Both the position numbers and the translations under genes were made by a program. A stretch of DNA of 64,000 nucleotides from the human T2T-CHM13v2.0 reference genome, Homo sapiens. This document shows positions 62,201-64,000 of this stretch, piece by piece; position 1 is the stretch's first letter; the number at the start of each line of letters is the position of its first letter. Below the pieces are notes generated by a model. That model did no database searches, was not told the DNA's origin, and was given only the letters and a program-made list of their open reading frames with translations. The stretch is taken from NCBI RefSeq assembly GCF_009914755.1, contig NC_060935.1; one strand, 5' to 3'.

Positions 62201-64000
62201 TTACCTGATTTCATCTGGGCAGATGTGATGGCACAAGGGCAGTGACCCTGTGCCAGACACTTTCCTAAACAGGCATAAGCTCACTGAATCCCGGAGCCTT
62301 CCCATGAGGGAGAAACAATCTTTAATCTCATTTTAGAGATGATGAAGTGAAGTCCAGGCAGCCCAGCCAAGGGGCAGGACCGATCTGATGGAAGCAGCTT
62401 TGCTGGGACCAAACGACTCTGTTCCTCGCCCATTACCAACACTACCTCCTCCAACAACACAGGAGACGTGCATGGAGCCCTCCTTCGGTCACAGTCCTAC
62501 CCCACGTGCTGGATAAATAAAGAGGGTGACCTAAAAGCAAATATGACTCCTTCTGAACTCTCACCCTGCCAGACAGCGATGATAGGGATATTATGCTCAT
62601 GACACCTGGCCACACGTGACCCAGTGGAGAAGTCAGGGAGCAACAGAGATCTGCATTAAGGAGCTACCGAGAAGGAGACATACAGAGCTATTGTCAATCA
62701 AACCAACCAAGCTTCTGAACATTCCCGCTAAGAACTTCTTTAGAATGCACTATTTTTTTTTCTGTTGGGGCTATTATTCATTTTAACCTAATGTTATGTT
62801 TTAAGCCTCCTACGTAAGTACACACCAGCTTTAAATGTTGTGGAATACTGAGCTCATATATCTAGTCAAACTTCTGTTTGCTTTTTGCTGCATCCATAGC
62901 TACGATTTGAATAAATAAAGGAGAAAGGTTTGGCTCCCAATCCTACTCCCTGGGCCCCATGCCATCATTCCCCAAAACAAAGGAGGAAAGATGCCAGAAG
63001 TGAGAGAACAGGGGTAATGGTGAAGAAAAACAACATCCTGGCCAGGCACAGTGGCTCAGGCCTGTAATCCCAGCACTTTGGGAGGCTGAATGGGGAGGAT
63101 CACTTGAGCACGGAAGGTCAAGGCTATAGTGACCCACGATTGTACCTCTGCACTCCAGCCTGGGCAACAGAGCAAGACCCTGTCTCAAAACACCAAAAAA
63201 CAGTCCGGGCGCAGTGGTTCATGCCTATAATTCCAGCACTTTGGGAGGCTGAGGCAGCCAAATCACCTGAGGTTAGGAGTTCCCGACCAACCTGGCCAAC
63301 ATAGTGAAATCCTGTCTCTACTAAAAATACAAAGTTAGCTGGGCGTGGTAGCGGGTGCCTGTAGTCCCAACTACTCAGGAGGCTGAGGCAGGAGAATCAC
63401 TTGAACCCAGGAGGCGGAGGTTGCAAGATCACACCACTGCACTCCAGCCTGGGCAACAGAGCAAGACACTGTCTCAAAACAAACAAACAAGCAAACCAAA
63501 ACAAAAATATCATCCTATTCTGGGTGGTACAGAGCAGGGGCAGGCTCCCCAGGGAGGGATGCAGGAGGGGCAGGAAGGCATTTCATTAATTTCCTACAAG
63601 GAGTCAGCACATTTTATAACTATGGGCAGGGAAGGGAGAAGAAGAGCTGCCAACCCACCCCTCTGCAGATGAGGTCACAGGCTCGGAGGGCGCCAAAGAA
63701 GCCTAGCCTGTAAGTGCTTGACCAGGACCTGAACCTGGAACCTGAAACTCAAGCCCTCTCTTCCCAGCTCAGGGCTCTCCCCCTCCACCTGGCTCCCCAC
63801 CTGACTCTGCAGGATCTGGTGGCTCTGTGCTGTTTGTTAAGTGACCTGCTCCCTCTGGATTGCATCCCATAATAGCCACACCCATGACTATATACTGGGT
63901 GGTTCCGTTCGTCCAAACAAGAAAACCCAAGGAGTGAGCTTTGTCCCGGGACTTCCCAGGGCACAACCACGCAGATGTGGACTGGGGTTTTCTAAAGAGT

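Noticed and set aside
62593-62655. Plus-strand PGHT*P peptide with TGA in both duplicate copies (metallo-beta-lactamase motif or selenocysteine?)
   Set aside because: No other MBL motifs, plus-strand splice sites or SECIS; explained as the antisense frame of the duplicated segment.

Overview
Human (primate) genomic DNA matching chromosome 11q12.3, identified from the encoded proteins. It is very Alu-dense, with roughly 65-70 Alu copies or fragments counted by eye. It contains the last three coding exons and 3' UTR of ASRGL1 (+, 6569-~10845), the complete three-exon SCGB1A1/uteroglobin/CC16 gene with its promoter (+, ~36482-40645), and the distal terminal exon of the short AHNAK isoform (-, ~50990-51341), so 51342-64000 is AHNAK intron. 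Mobile elements include the outer end of a HERV-K(HML-2) LTR5 inserted into a hAT/Zaphod-like transposase relic, MER44A, Tigger3a, MLT1 LTRs, a solo LTR8-family element, L1/L2/MIR fragments and young AluY subfamilies. Almost all ORFs in the supplied track are Alu-derived or chance ORFs. The most interesting observation is a series of about 20 minus-strand segments between ~15.4 kb and 64 kb, many bounded by AG/GT splice signals, whose frameshift-corrected translations repeatedly give WD40-repeat motifs. This suggests a decayed multi-exon WD40 gene (possibly NWD1/NWD2-like) within which SCGB1A1 sits antisense and the AHNAK terminal exon lies. This rests on manual translation only and needs an HMM/tBLASTn test. 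Repeat boundaries and subfamily calls are by eye and approximate.
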